Shown here: one piece after another, positions 13,477-26,099 of the stretch
Numbering within the stretch: the first letter of the stretch is position 1
How the letters are laid out: each line of letters starts with the position of its first letter
NCBI GenBank assembly: GCA_030704615.1
Contig: CM060733.1
Span: 38,192,001-38,256,000, forward strand
Reading direction: 5' to 3'
DNA length: 64,000 bases
Source of the DNA: Takakia lepidozioides
Taxonomy: Eukaryota; Plantae; Bryophyta
Made by a program: the position numbers and the translations under genes
The notes under the pieces: generated by a model
The model's input: only the letters and a program-made list of their open reading frames with translations
Database searches by the model: none
What the model was told of the DNA's origin: nothing

Positions 13477-14785
13477 CGGTCCCAATATGGATGTGGCTTG
13501 ATTTTATTGCAAGCGTGTGATCTGACAGGTACGGCCTGGGAGGTACAGCCGGGACCCCCCCCTCCCGCAGCCTCGTCCGCTAGCAAGCCCCATGTCAAAT
13601 CATCCCCACCCCCCCTCCGACCCCTCCGCCCGTTGCCCCACCCCCGCCCGCTGGCTGTTCCTGCGCCCCCTGACCCCCGCGCCCGCCCGCCCGCCCGCCC
13701 GCCTGGGACCCCTGACCCCCGCCCCACCGCTGGCCATGCGGCGCCCCACAGCACCGCCCGATCTCCAGCCACGTGGCGGCCCCCCGCTGTGGATCCCCTC
13801 ACTGGGTTGATCCCCCTTCCAGTGCCGGAGTGATCCCCCACCCCATCTCCAGCCACGTGGCGCTACCCCGAACCGTCGATCCCCCCTGGGTTGATCCCCC
13901 TTCCAGTGCAAGAGTGATCCCCCATCCCCATCTCCAGCCACGTGGCGCTCCCCCCGAACCGTCGATCCCCTCCCCATCCATCCGACCTCAATTGAATGGA
14001 TGACGGCCGGATGAAGGCCCCATGACGCGTCCATCGCCACATGGCGCTCCCGCCGCCGTCGATCCCCTCCTCCCATCCATGGCGTGCTCCCCCGAGACGT
14101 CGCCGCTCCCCCCGACGCGCCTTGATCCCCCTTCCGGACCGGGAGTGATCCCCCAACCCTAATCGCCCGCCACGTGCGGCTCCCCCCGGACCATCGATCC
14201 CCTGCACATCCACACAACCTCACAAACAATGGATGTTGTGTGTCATCCGCCCCGCATCCCCCCGCCATCCTCCCGCGCAAGGGATGGACGACGGCCGGAT
14301 GAAGGGGCGATGACACTGACAGGTCACATGCCGCTTCCCCCGTCGATCCCCTCTTCCCATCGACGGCCCATCCCCCGACACGTCGCCGCCCCTCCCCTCG
14401 GTTGATCCCCCGTCCAATGCGGTGACTGATCCCCCTCTACCCATCGGACGGCACGTGGCGCTCCCCCCCCCCCCCCCGCCGATCCCCTTGTCCCATCCAT
14501 GGCGAGATCCCCCGACACGTCGCCGCTCCCCCCGACCTGGGCTTGATCCACACTCCGGACCGGCAGTGATCCCCACCCCCAATCGCCCACCACGTGCTGC
14601 TCCCCCGAACCGTCGATCCCCTGCTCATCCATCCAACCTCAAAACAATGGATGTTCTGGGTCATCCGCCCCTCATCCCCCCGCCATCTCCCGCGCAGTGG
14701 ATGGACGACGGCCGGATGAAGGCCCCATGGCACGCCCACCGCCATGTGGCGCTCCCCCCGCCGTCGATCCTCTCATCCCATCGGA
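13477..14785 (+). repeat. Left TIR (~1.3 kb, GC-rich, built of CACGTG/GATCCCC subrepeats)
   Basis: Reverse-complement match to 26100-27359 followed by eye along its length. Subrepeats continue to about 15.35 kb. Confidence 0.88.
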
Positions 14786-15569
14786 GGCGCGATCCCCCGG
14801 GCCATAGCCCCCCCCCCCCTCGTTTGATCCCCCGTCTAATGCGGTCACTAATCCCCCTCCAGCCATTGGCCGCCACATGGTGCTCCCCTGAACCGAGGAT
14901 CCCCTGCGCATCCATCCAACCTCAAAACTGGGTCATCCGCGGTCCCCCGGCATTCGATCCCGTCCTCCCATCCACGTGGCGATCCTCCGGACCGCGACCC
15001 CCCGCCTCGGTTGATCCCCCGTCCAAACCGGGAATTGATCCTCCTCTCGTCTTCTACCCGCACGTGGCGGTCTCCGTAGCCGTCGATCCCCTTGTCCCAT
15101 CCAAGACCCGATCCCCCGAGCCACCGTTCCCCCCGCCTCTGGTTGATCCCCCACCGCCGCCATGCCGCGTGTCTTCCCACCCTTGACCCCCCCCCCCCCC
15201 CCTACGCGCGTCAACGGCGGAATAGGTGATTGTTCCCCCCATGGCGGTCCCCTCTCCGTTGATCCCCCACACCACCTGGAGTGATCCCCCATCCTTCCGC
15301 TCCCCCCCCCGGGAGCGATCCCCCTTCCACGTGTCAAATGTCAGGGCTGTTTGCACGTGGCTATCATTCTGTTCATCTATGTCGTCCTCCCCCATCCAAC
15401 GTCGGCCATGCACGTCCCCCGCCATTTTGGTCTGTGAGATGAACGGAGTGGATGTATTGAAATTTAGGGTTTCCGGCTGCTCGCAGATTTGATCCTCTTT
15501 GCGCGCGTGTATGCTGCACTTGCGCGTGTAGTTTGCTGCTGTGTACTGTTTCTACAGGACGCGTGTGGT

Positions 15570-17610
15570 CTGCAGATGTGTACTGTTCCTGCAGGGGTGC
15601 CGGGCATCATGACTGGATCTTCGGAGTTGCGCACGTCATTCCTTCTATCACAGCTGCGTGGCACGTTGCAAATCCCCCCGGATGGTTCCTTCAACCACAT
15701 GTCGCTTATATGGACTCCAACTATTTCAAGTGGAGGTGGACATCGTGTATATACGGATGTTGCGGTCATCCCTTGGAGCAGGATCGACGATTTTGTGAGA
15801 GGGGAGGAAGAAAGGGCAGAGGCGCCCACTCACTTCAAAAGAACGGTGCCTAAAAAGGGAAAGCATGAGGAGGGCGAGCTCTTAGCTCCAAGGGCCGATA
15901 GTTGCTCTCTTGTCATAAAGTCCGCCTTCACCTTTGTGGTTTCTGGATGTCTCTATGTGTTCTTTGTAATGGCATGCTGCTTGTTTGCATTGTTTGCTCT
16001 TCTATTTTGTCAAAATGCTATGCTCTCTTGCTCCGAGTATTCCACTCCGCCGACATAGTTCTCATCATTGTTCAGGTTCCATTGTTCTTATGAACCTGAG
16101 GACAAGCGCACAAATGTAATACCTGTCAATAAACATTCTTTGAAGAGAAAGAACGGCAGGAGAGGGTGTGTGCTGGATGTTTCATCGCCTTCTTACAACA
16201 ACCACAAAGGGCCGAGACGGAAGAAAGTCGTTCAAGGAGAGTCCATCAAGAGGGGTTGCCTCTATCAGTTTAGGATTGGATGATGCTACCTGGATCCTTC
16301 TCTTGCTGTCATAACATACTACAACAAAAACCATGTTGATGGATATGACAAGGTCTACCATGGCCACATTGACCCGACTTCAAGTAACACCCATTTCGCG
16401 CACGCATCTCACCTTAGTGAAGAGGTTAAGATGTGGATAACGGATAGCATACGTGCTGGGTTGTCGCCTGCTAAAATCATGGCCCAACATGAACAATAGG
16501 TATTTGACAGCAAGGTCAATGGAGAGAAGTGGTGTCGTGATGACATTGAGCTTGAGCATGACATTAGAAACATCATGGACAAGCTGGCATGTGAGACTTT
16601 CAAGCGACATAAGGACGAGGGGACCAGCCTGAAGATGTGGAAGGAGGCCCAGCCCCAGAGTGTTTTCTTCTATCAAGAGGACACGCCCGATGCCCCTGCT
16701 GGAGGAACACGGCGTGGCAATGTCGACCTCAAATTTGCAATTGGCATTCAAATAGAATTTCAGAAAAAACAATGCTCCAAATGGGTGACAAACGTATCGT
16801 CTCTTGTGATGCGACCTTCGGAACGAATGAACACAAGGTGTGTGGAATCGACGGCGTGGACTCCTGGGAGCATGAGAGCATAGCATCTTTCACTGTGAAG
16901 GGGATTAGTGGGGAGCAGGGGATCAGTGGAGAGCAGGGGCACAGGGGGACCATAGCCTTATCCGATGTGCAGGGGATCACGACATTGGGTCATCACTAGT
17001 GACCTATTAATCCAATCGGATTCGACACCACGACTGCCTCAGCCCATTAGGGGACTAGACACATAGGCCAAACTCCATTATGTATACTGCTCTGTATATG
17101 TTGGGACCATTTTGGGACCATGACGTGTACTTGTGTGATTTGTAGTGAGGGGTGAGCAGGCAAGAGGGAAGACAACTTAGCAAATGCATGCCTTGGGGGG
17201 TTATAGAGAGGAATGATGGAGGGATGGTCTCCTTCCAGGGGATCATGGCATAGCCCACAGGGGGGATCACATAATACTAAAATGAGAACAGAAGGGGTTG
17301 CAGGGTTCGGGGTTCACATCCTGTGATTTCTTGTCATTAATTTCAGTGAAATGTTTCGTCTATTTTCAAAACAAAAGTACTTACATTGCACATTTTCGTC
17401 TTTGTGTGCAGTATGCCATGTATACTCTTATGGTCTTCGACATTTGGCTGAACGGCATCCCTGTTGCATACATAATATCTTCAAGAAACAATGCCAACAA
17501 TTTGTCAAGTTGGATGTTGGCTCTTCGTCAAAGGCTCCAGGCCGATCAGCCGGATTGGCGTCCCAACGCATTCATTGTAGACGATGCCGATGCTGAGATT
17601 AATGCCATTC
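15570..17610 (+). pseudogene. MULE-type transposase, multi-exon, frameshifted and 3'-truncated
   Basis: VIPWSRIDDFVRGEE; HCSYEPED; SIKRGC; FAIGIQIEFQKK..MLQMGDKRIVSCDATFGTNEHK; YTLMVFDIWLNGIPVAYII...WRPNAFIVDDADAEINAI (first two Asp of the MULE DDE core). The C-terminal E and SWIM region is not seen. Confidence 0.8.
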
Positions 17611-17911
17611 GGTTTGTTCTCAATCCCTCCCCCCTACTCAGGGGATCACGAGCAAGGAGCACTTTTCAGAGATTCATACTTGTATCTGATTTTGTGGTGG
17701 TCCTGTTACCTGAGCCCCCTGATCCCGGGATCCCCCTAATCCCCCCCTGCCCCCCCTGACCCCCCCTGATCCCCTGATCCCCCTGTTCCCCCACCCCCCC
17801 TGATCCCTGGTTATCTGATCCACCTCAAGGATCCCCTCACCCCTTCATCCCCTTCACAGCACAGTGGACGCCAAAGAAGGCACAAAGGGATTACAAAGAG
17901 GAGGACAATCT

Positions 17912-18800
17912 TCATTTTTTTTCAGTGGGGAATGGAGATACAATAGCTACATCCGAGGCATCCAAGGCATGCACATGCAACAGTCTACGCTGCAAATCTG
18001 CATCATCCCAATTATCCACTATCCATCCACAAAGAAAATTCCGCTTTGATACTGCGTACTCACATGTAAACCAATCTGCTGTAAAAGTTGCCCCCCATTT
18101 TTTTGTGATTTTGGTCTCCAAGTATTTCTATATGAAAGTCATTACAAAGTAGCCACACTCCTAGCCGCTTGGTTGTTGTGGCACCTCAGGTTCCAGCCAC
18201 TCCCATGCCATTATTTCATTCCAACGTACTGAGTCAGGTTCGGCTTTGTGTAGGTATGCTCTAAAAGTGCGAAGACGCGTTTCAAAGGCAAGTCGGCTAT
18301 GGGATCTGAATGATGTCATGGAATTCAGATGAACAAACTTGGACTTATCAAAAACCATCAAACTCCAATGGCCCCTGCAGAACGCACATGTGTTTGAGGC
18401 CAGACACCACTAATGCTTTCCATTCTCCAAATCAAATCAAAGTCGGTCAAAGCTGCAAAATAGGAGGATTGAGGGACGTACCCAGAGCATAAGGGGATGA
18501 ACCATGTCTGAACCTTATTTGGATCCTTCCCTAGGCACTTCTCAGTTACCCAATCATTTACAAGCCCTTTGGAAATCTTGTGAAGGTCGTCTTTGTTTGA
18601 TGCCTCCAAAGCCGTCCATATCAGTGTGTCCATCACAGCCCACCAGCAACGATTACTCTCCTCCAGGGATAGCTGCAAAATATTGGCATACAAAAACACC
18701 CCTCCATCCCCCGCTTCCCCATACAATTTTGACAACCGTAGGTAATCCCATGAATCCAAAAATGGACTCCTGTGGAGTGCCTTTGAAGAAAACAAGGCAG
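17912..18800 (-). pseudogene. Ulp1/C48 SUMO-protease-like domain, C-terminal part of the MULE accessory gene
   Basis: WFIPLC...(intron)..MVFDKSKFVHLNS...EPEVPQQPSG*ECGYFVMTFI matches the Ulp1 pattern of D/N-S and QQ-x4-CG. Contains stops; the catalytic His was not located with certainty. Confidence 0.7.
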
Positions 18801-18899
18801 CCCTTGTCCTCTGGGAGCTTTTCCCTCAGTATATTCTGGTTTATGCATTTAACACAAGTTCACGAAGTCACACAGATAGGCAATTAACTGTTAAGGGTG

Positions 18900-21800
18900 T
18901 TTTCAAGCAACCATATCATCCCCTTAAGCCCTGCTGAATGTACTCACCATGAATTTGGTCCCCCCTTGGTCGTTGGAAGCCCTGGCCCACTTAGTGACTT
19001 CTGGCCGACCAGATTTTGCCTTCCATTTCTTCCCTGTTCTGGTGATAGCTTTACTTTCCCCCTCAGCTGCATGGTTCTCCTCCCTCCCCCGCATCGTCAC
19101 CCGTATTTTTTGCGCACGCTTCGGCTCCCCCTCATCCTTTGGGGGTCTTTGCTTCCCCTTGCCGATCCCCTCTCCGGTCTGCTCCCCCTTGCCCTTCATG
19201 TGTTCTTTCTCCTTCCCCTTATCCTTTGTTTCTTTCTGATCCACCTGCTCCATGCCCTGCAGGTTCAATTGGCGTCCCGAAGTTTTTGCAGCAACCCTAT
19301 GCCGTGTTTGACCTACTACTGGGCCAGATGATGGTTTGTCGGAGCAAACCCATGTGTAGGGGGGTTGGAGCAGAAACCATAGGCGCAGGCACCATCAGAC
19401 CCGTGGTGAATGTGGAGCCAAGGGTGACCCCCAATTCAATATTCCAAGGATCTATGGAAGCGATGGGAGCAGTACCAAGGAGCTGGAGTAAGCGCTTTGT
19501 TGTGGGGGAGACCAGACTATCTGCGAGTGCGGATAACAACGGGATGGCCTGTGGATGATACGGGGGTGCACCTAGGAAAACTGACATGGGCGGAACAAAC
19601 CCCTCCGTTGCCAATTCGGTGTTCCCTGCCAATGACTGGCGTTCAGGGGTCACCAACGTTGAAATAACCTCAACCTGTGTTGTCGGCAGAGGACTGGAAA
19701 CAACTGCAAATCTGCTGGACTTGGTAGTTGGATCCACCATTCTTGGCACATCCTCCCTCTCCACATGGGAAAGTACACACAGACTCGGGATGAGTTGAAA
19801 GAGGTGATTGGACAAGGGCAGAGAGTGAATGACCACAGAGAGACACAGTAGCCCGCGACAGAGCATATACATGGAGGGGAGCAGGCATGACATCAGGAAC
19901 AACGTTGGGGGATGACACCTCGGGTGATGGAGCACTGAGGGGGGGACCAAAGGGAGTCACAGTAGCATGCAAGAGAGCAGACACATGTGGGGAAGAAGAG
20001 TGGAAGTCAGGGGCAGACAGGGGGGGACCAGGGTCACACACGGATGCATGCTTCGTAGAAGACAGATCTGGGGGAGCAGACAAAAAATCGGGAGTAGAGG
20101 GGGGGGCTGCTAGGGCTAAAGGGAGATCAGAAAGGGAGGGACCAGTGATATACACTAAAGCAGTACCAGATGAGGGGGGAGCACAAAAAGAAAACTCATG
20201 CGAGGAGGGAGATGAGTCCGATGGGATAGCATGTGGTGAGACGAGGGTAGCCACTTCTGGGGGAGCAGATAATGGAAGAAGTGCAGAGGCGGGGGGATCA
20301 CATGGTTGGGGAGGAGTCGCAAAGAGGGCGGCAGACACAGAGGGGGGGGCGGAGAGGAGGGTAGCATGTGGTGCGGGTTCACAGATTTGAAGGGGAGTAG
20401 CGGCGGATACATCACATGATGGGGCAGCAAAGACAGAGAGGGTAGCAGAGAGGAGGGCCGCTCTTTGGGAGCGATCAGAGATAGGAAGGGGAGAAGAGGC
20501 GGGGGCAGCAGAGACAGCGAGGGCAGCGGAATATTCCCTTGGGGAGTCTAAAAGAAGACTGTGAGGCAGAACAGTATGAGAGGGGATGGGATTGACATCA
20601 ACTTCTGCAATGGGTGTGTAGAAACCTGCCGTCGGAGATTCCACTTGAAAAGTCTCTGTATGAGGCGCTTGAAGGTCTTCAACCCGTGAGGGTGTTGGCG
20701 ACGCCATCTGCGATGCATGGTGGGACAACTGCGATGAATTGAAGGCGTCCACGTCGATGTGGGAAAGGTGAGGGGCATATGGTGACACTCATCGATCGTA
20801 TAGTTCATGTCTTCTCGCCAACAACACCTTGCTTGCTCGTAAGACCTCCTCCATGGCATTTTGAACTCCAACATCAGCTGCCTCAGCCTCACCTATCACA
20901 GAGACAAGCGCTTATGTCTTAGCTTTGACCCCCGTGATCCCCTGATCCCCCGATCCCCGACTGTAAAGTCTGCTCCCCCATTTATCTATTCCAATTGTGA
21001 TCTTCACAATGACAGACTGTTGGAGAGGCAAAGCATGCACTTACGTATCCCTTTGGCATTGTTGCCCTTGCACCATAAAACTTGGAAGTGGGCCATTTCC
21101 GTTGCTGCAAATTCATGAAACTTTCGGGCACACACCATGCGAAGAAATTTTCGGCAGGAGTCGACGATCTGCATTTTGTCCTGCATTGTACCATATCTAA
21201 GCTGACCCTCTGCCAGGAGCACTTCTTTCAACATACTCTCCTGATTCTGAAAATTCCCAAACGTCCGCCAACCTCCATGCAAGAAGAGTCCAAATCCATG
21301 GTAGGGCAGTTTGTGAGCAGTCTGCGGTGCAAAAAACATCATGATATGACTGGGGCAGATGCCGTGTCTTAAATCGGCCAAAGGATACAAGTTTGAAACA
21401 GGGGGTCGAGGGTCCATGGTAGAAAAAACTTGGAGGGGAACAGGGACTGGAGGCAGTCAGGCTGGACATTGACGTTTCAGCCAGGTGACAATGGCATCAG
21501 ATTCCTCGGCAGTTCTTAGGAGAGGGAATTCAGGAAGCAGACGTTGAACGTCCTGCTCCTCTAGTTCAACAATATCAAACTGGAGATCTAGAGATGAGGG
21601 GGGTCTTATCTCCCACGCTCATAGTCTCCTGTCTCAGTCTGAACAATTCAACTTTCATCTTGTGTGCATAGTCGCCAGGTAGGTAATGGGCTAAGAACAG
21701 TGTCTTAAACATAGCCCAACTATCCACAGATGGTTTCTTGTGTTCACGGCGTTCCTGCTTCTGACGCGACCACCATAGCTTGGCGGCATCACGGAGCTGT

Positions 21801-24170
21801 AGAGCAGCTGTCTGTATCTTGGCTTCCTCTGAATAATCGTCCTCAAAGAACTCTTCTAAGGTATCCAAGAAAGACAATATTTCTTCAGGCTTGACAGATG
21901 GCTTACCATAGAATTCTGGCAACTTCACCAATCTTCTGATCTCCCTGGTGACATCCTTGCTTCTTTTCATCTTGGCCTCATGGGAGTCAGCCTCAGATTC
22001 GTCCTCATTCAGTGACTCACTCACAGGCAGCTCCCTAGATCGCTTGTCAGTTTGAGTTTGTGCAGGGGCCAACTTCTGTATCTCAGATCGAATCAAAGTA
22101 CCTAAGGCCTCCATTTGCTGCTGGGAAAATAACTGACTTCCATGTTCGCGATCTGAAGCTCGGTGCAGACTGGCCGCATCTGAGCGCTCACGATCTCCAG
22201 CCATTTCACTATCTTGATCGTCGTCACCAGGTTGCGTGCTCACAGAGCCGAACGAGATCTGGCTCATTCACACGATTACCCTACTTCTGGAAATTGCGAA
22301 ATCCACAATCTGTTCTGCCCGATCGCAAACCAGCTCTGATACCACTTGTAAAGGATCTGACTCTCTTTTCTTTGTCCAACTATGACAAAATTTCAGGCAC
22401 TTTGCTTGGTTTGCTGTTCACAGGGAATTTACCAAAACTCCAAGGAAAACTGATTGCTCGGGATTTTGTTTCAACCGGACTCTCATCTATGTCTGAATTC
22501 CAGCCAAGGCCCTATTCTTATTCCACTTCCCTCATTTACAAATTCACAGATCGATCAAGTGATCGTCACTCCTACTCTAGCCTGATTCCTTGTTCAAAAG
22601 ATCTCCCTGTCAACCTATGTACTCATCTCATGCCATTCTATCTATGCACAGGACTGGACTACGAAAGAAGTCGAGGGAGCAGAAGAGGGGGGAACGGTGC
22701 AAGGGGGACATGACGTGGGGGGACCTGATATGGGGTGAGCAGACCTGTTTGCAGTAGAGGCGGGGCGGGGGGGGGGGGGGGGGGGCAGGGGTAGACGATG
22801 AAGGGGGAGCAGAGACAGGCATGATGGGGGAACAGCATTCACCGGACAAGAGGGTGTTACGAAAGGAGTACTCTTTTTTCCCACAAGGTAGCTCTCAAAA
22901 TCTTCCAACTCCAGCCCAATGGATAGAGCACAGGGAACGCCGTCTTTGCAGGTGCTCCATGCCTGCACTGATTTCCGCACAACCTAAATTTCTCCCGCGG
23001 AAGCATTGATCTGCAGGCAAAAATGCAACAAGAATGAGCATTTACAAACCGGGGGCAATCCTGGGAAACTATTGGGAGGAGCAGATGGCCATAAACTCAA
23101 AAGAAGATTGGGGGGTGAAGCAAACCTGTTCTTGTAGAAGCCATCTTCTCCAGCGGCGTTCAGCCCTCTCCACTCGCATTGCAAACCCTCCACTCCATGC
23201 GAAATCCACAAATGCATCCCAGAATCTTTCATCATTCTGGTCAGCAAAATTGGAAGGGAGAAGTCCATGTTGCAGGAGTATAAATGTTCCCGCAGGAGTG
23301 ATCGGGTGCGGTGTGTCGTGGTCGATGTCCATGGCCCCATCCCCTGCAAGAGGCCCCGAGCTCCCAGGCTGCTCCCCCTCCTCCTGATGAGTAGTCTGCT
23401 CCCCCACATCTGCGTGTCTTCGCTGTTTTGCGGACTGGCCCCCTGACTTTGAGACGGATCCCCCCCATGTCCGATCCCCCCCATTTCTGCTACTGGCTGC
23501 TCACGGTTGTAGGGATACTTTTTCTTTGGCTTTCTACTCCAAGTGACAGCGAGTTCAGGCTGCACTTTGGCTTGTCTCTCACGGGCGGAGCGTAAAATAG
23601 TAACAATCTTAACCTTTTTTGCCCCCTTCTTTGGTTTGGTGCGCTCAAAATCGGTGTCGGACCCACTACGGCTACTCCTCTTGTGAGGGACAACCACTTG
23701 TGACGGTGCAGGCGCATCAGGCTTCCGTTTTCTCGCTCCTTTGGGCTGTTGCTGCCGATCAGTAAGGGACACGTCGTCTCCGGTACGCGCCGCGCTTCGG
23801 GGTTTGTACACCCTCTCAACCTCTCCACAAAATGAGTAACCTGCTTTGGGAACTCGGCAGCGGGCCAGGGTTTTAGTGGCAACTCAACCTCGTCCCAACC
23901 ATCCACCATGTTCAACCAAGGACAACCCTCCCCATCAATGACATGCCTATTCAACCTAACCTTATCCTTCATGGGCTGCCCACAAAACTTGCACGATTCC
24001 TTTGTTTCGAGCCATCACGAACTCTGAGGTCCGTCTCTGCCTCCACTATCATCTCCTCCCACTCAGTTGGCGTATACCAGAAAGGAACCTCGTCCCCTTT
24101 CTTAGGCTTGTGCCAAAAAACCAGCATACCATTCTCAGGGGGAACAACCTTAGGCCTAGTCTTCGCCATT
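18900..24170 (-). pseudogene. Upstream parts of MULE accessory gene(s): unknown domains plus long Pro/Ser/Ala-rich and charged low-complexity stretches
   Basis: Chain of long same-strand ORFs (23969-24170 starting MAKTRPKV, 23490-23972, 22984-23811, 21004-21417, 19670-20788, 19297-19950, 18924-19268) leading into the Ulp1 domain. No family recognised. Confidence 0.4.
21575..22650 (-). mobile_element. Truncated Ty3/gypsy LTR retrotransposon remnant (5' LTR end, PBS, gag N-terminus) nested in the MULE
   Basis: tRNA-Met PBS TGGTATCAGAGC (22333-22344, minus), two nt from an LTR ending in CA at 22347. Gag ORF 21575-22267 with KLPEFYGK...AALQLRDAAKLWW...SWAMFKTLFLAHY...LRQETMSV. The outer LTR boundary is approximate. 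Confidence 0.8.
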
Positions 24171-26099
24171 GGCAACGAGCACACGACGCCAAAATACAGA
24201 AAAGAAAAAGCAAGGAACAGAAGCCAGAGAAAACAAGGAAGAGCACACGGATTGCAACGAACAAAAGGAAAACACAAAGCATAGACAACAAAGAGGATAT
24301 GAGTAGAGCAGCTGAAAAACCACAACGAAGAGCCACCACCAAAGAGTCGCTTCTCGAGGAAGACATTCCGCACGTGCAGTGTACCTAGGGGAGCGGGCAC
24401 GTGGGGGAGCAGGGGATCAGTTGATGGACACGTGGCAACAGCACCAAAGTGGGGATCACTGATGTCGACACGTGGGGAGATCTGGGCGGTCATAAGGGGG
24501 AGCAGGCATGGGGAGATGTGAAGGGGGAGCGAACCCTAGCCACTCCCAGAACATGGGGATCAAGGTAGGGGGACCAGACACGTGGGGGGATGTTAGTAGA
24601 GGGGAGCTGACATGTGCGGAGAGTACTGGATATGACATGCATGGCGATTCTGTGGTCAGGGAGGTGACACGTGGGCAGTGAAGACAGGGGGAGCGGCGGG
24701 GGGGGGGGGGGGGGGACCAGACTCGGGAGGGATTGGATGTTTGGGGTTTTGCAAGTGACGGATTGAGGGAGGGAGACAACTCATGAGAGGAAGGGGACCA
24801 AAACTGCAGGGGCAGGGAACATGAGAAGAGACCGTTGTGTAGGACGAGTAAAACACCATGCTAGGTCGAAAAAGAAATCCCTATAAGTGCATGCAGTATG
24901 AGCTGGCCGGTATACAACCATCTTGGACTCTCCAACCTCCATCAATCCTATTCAGCTGCTCGATACCCAACCATGTTTGATTCTGTAACACACAGATGTT
25001 CACATTTGAATCTAGCAAGGTAAGTAGTATGGAAAAACAAACATGAAGTTGAGGCTGAAGTTTAATATGCGAAAGGTACTATAGTTACAGATCCTCATCC
25101 CCCTGCACATGGGATTTGGTGCAGCCTACGCCAATCCTGTCAGCTTTCAAAACAACAAACAACAAACAAGAAAGAGGCAAACAAGAAAGAACAACAAAAG
25201 AACAACAATAAGAAGAAGAAGAGAAGAAGAAAACCCCCTGTACTCATTGTATGCAAGACGTGAGTCGCAAGAGTATCACAGATGCCGTAGTGCGCACACG
25301 ATTGAGGCCTTGGTAGGTCATCCCAAGCCCATCGAAGCAGGAGCACAAACAAGCACGACAGCGGGAAACCCTCGCTCAATCTAGATGGAGAACCCTACCT
25401 CCACGACGAAGTGAATAGCACATGCAGGTCCACGTGGTGCGATACCCACCGTTGGAAATGGAAGGGATTGGGGGATCGGTCGAAGGGGGATCAAAGCAGG
25501 AGATTGGCGGCAAGACCAAGGAGGGGGATGGACGACCGGGGGAGTGCCACGCAGTGGACCATCGCGCAAAACTATCGGACGGCGGGGGGACGGCCACATC
25601 ACGTTGAAGAGGGCCAAGGGGGATGAGTCCTTGGGGGGAGCAGGGGATCGGGAACGGATCGACATTGGGGGTGCCACGGGCACGCGGTTGAGGGGGATGG
25701 ACGGCACAACAAGAGGGGGGGGACCGCGATGTGGCCCACGTGTCATGGAGGGCACCGTGGAGCAGCACATGGCGGAAAATGTGGGGAGGGGGATCAGTCC
25801 CCGAATTGGAGGAGGGGATCAATCGAGGTGGGGGGAGCGACAGCGCGGGGATTGCACCGTCCATGATCGAAGGCCCGGGGGACCGCGCCTGGGCTCAGGG
25901 GATCAGGCCTCTAACCGTTGGAGGGATCTACGGCGGAGGGGATTGCGACGTGGCGGCATGTCACTGTGAACCGCAGTGGTTGCAAGTAAGATTGATGTGC
26001 ACGGGATCAACGGTTCAAGGAGAACCACGTGGCGCACGATTAGGAGTGGGGGATCACTCCCGCCCTGGACGGGGGATCAACCCGGTTGCGGGGGAACGG

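Noticed and set aside
13750-14800. Regularly spaced repeats resembling a CRISPR array
   Set aside because: Units are degenerate, the spacers are themselves repetitive, the block is mirrored at 26-27 kb, there are no cas genes and the context is eukaryotic.
13440-15430. Dense overlapping Pro/Gly/Arg-rich ORFs (and their mirror at 25.4-27.3 kb)
   Set aside because: Artefacts of GC-rich, stop-poor TIR subrepeats; no domain signal.
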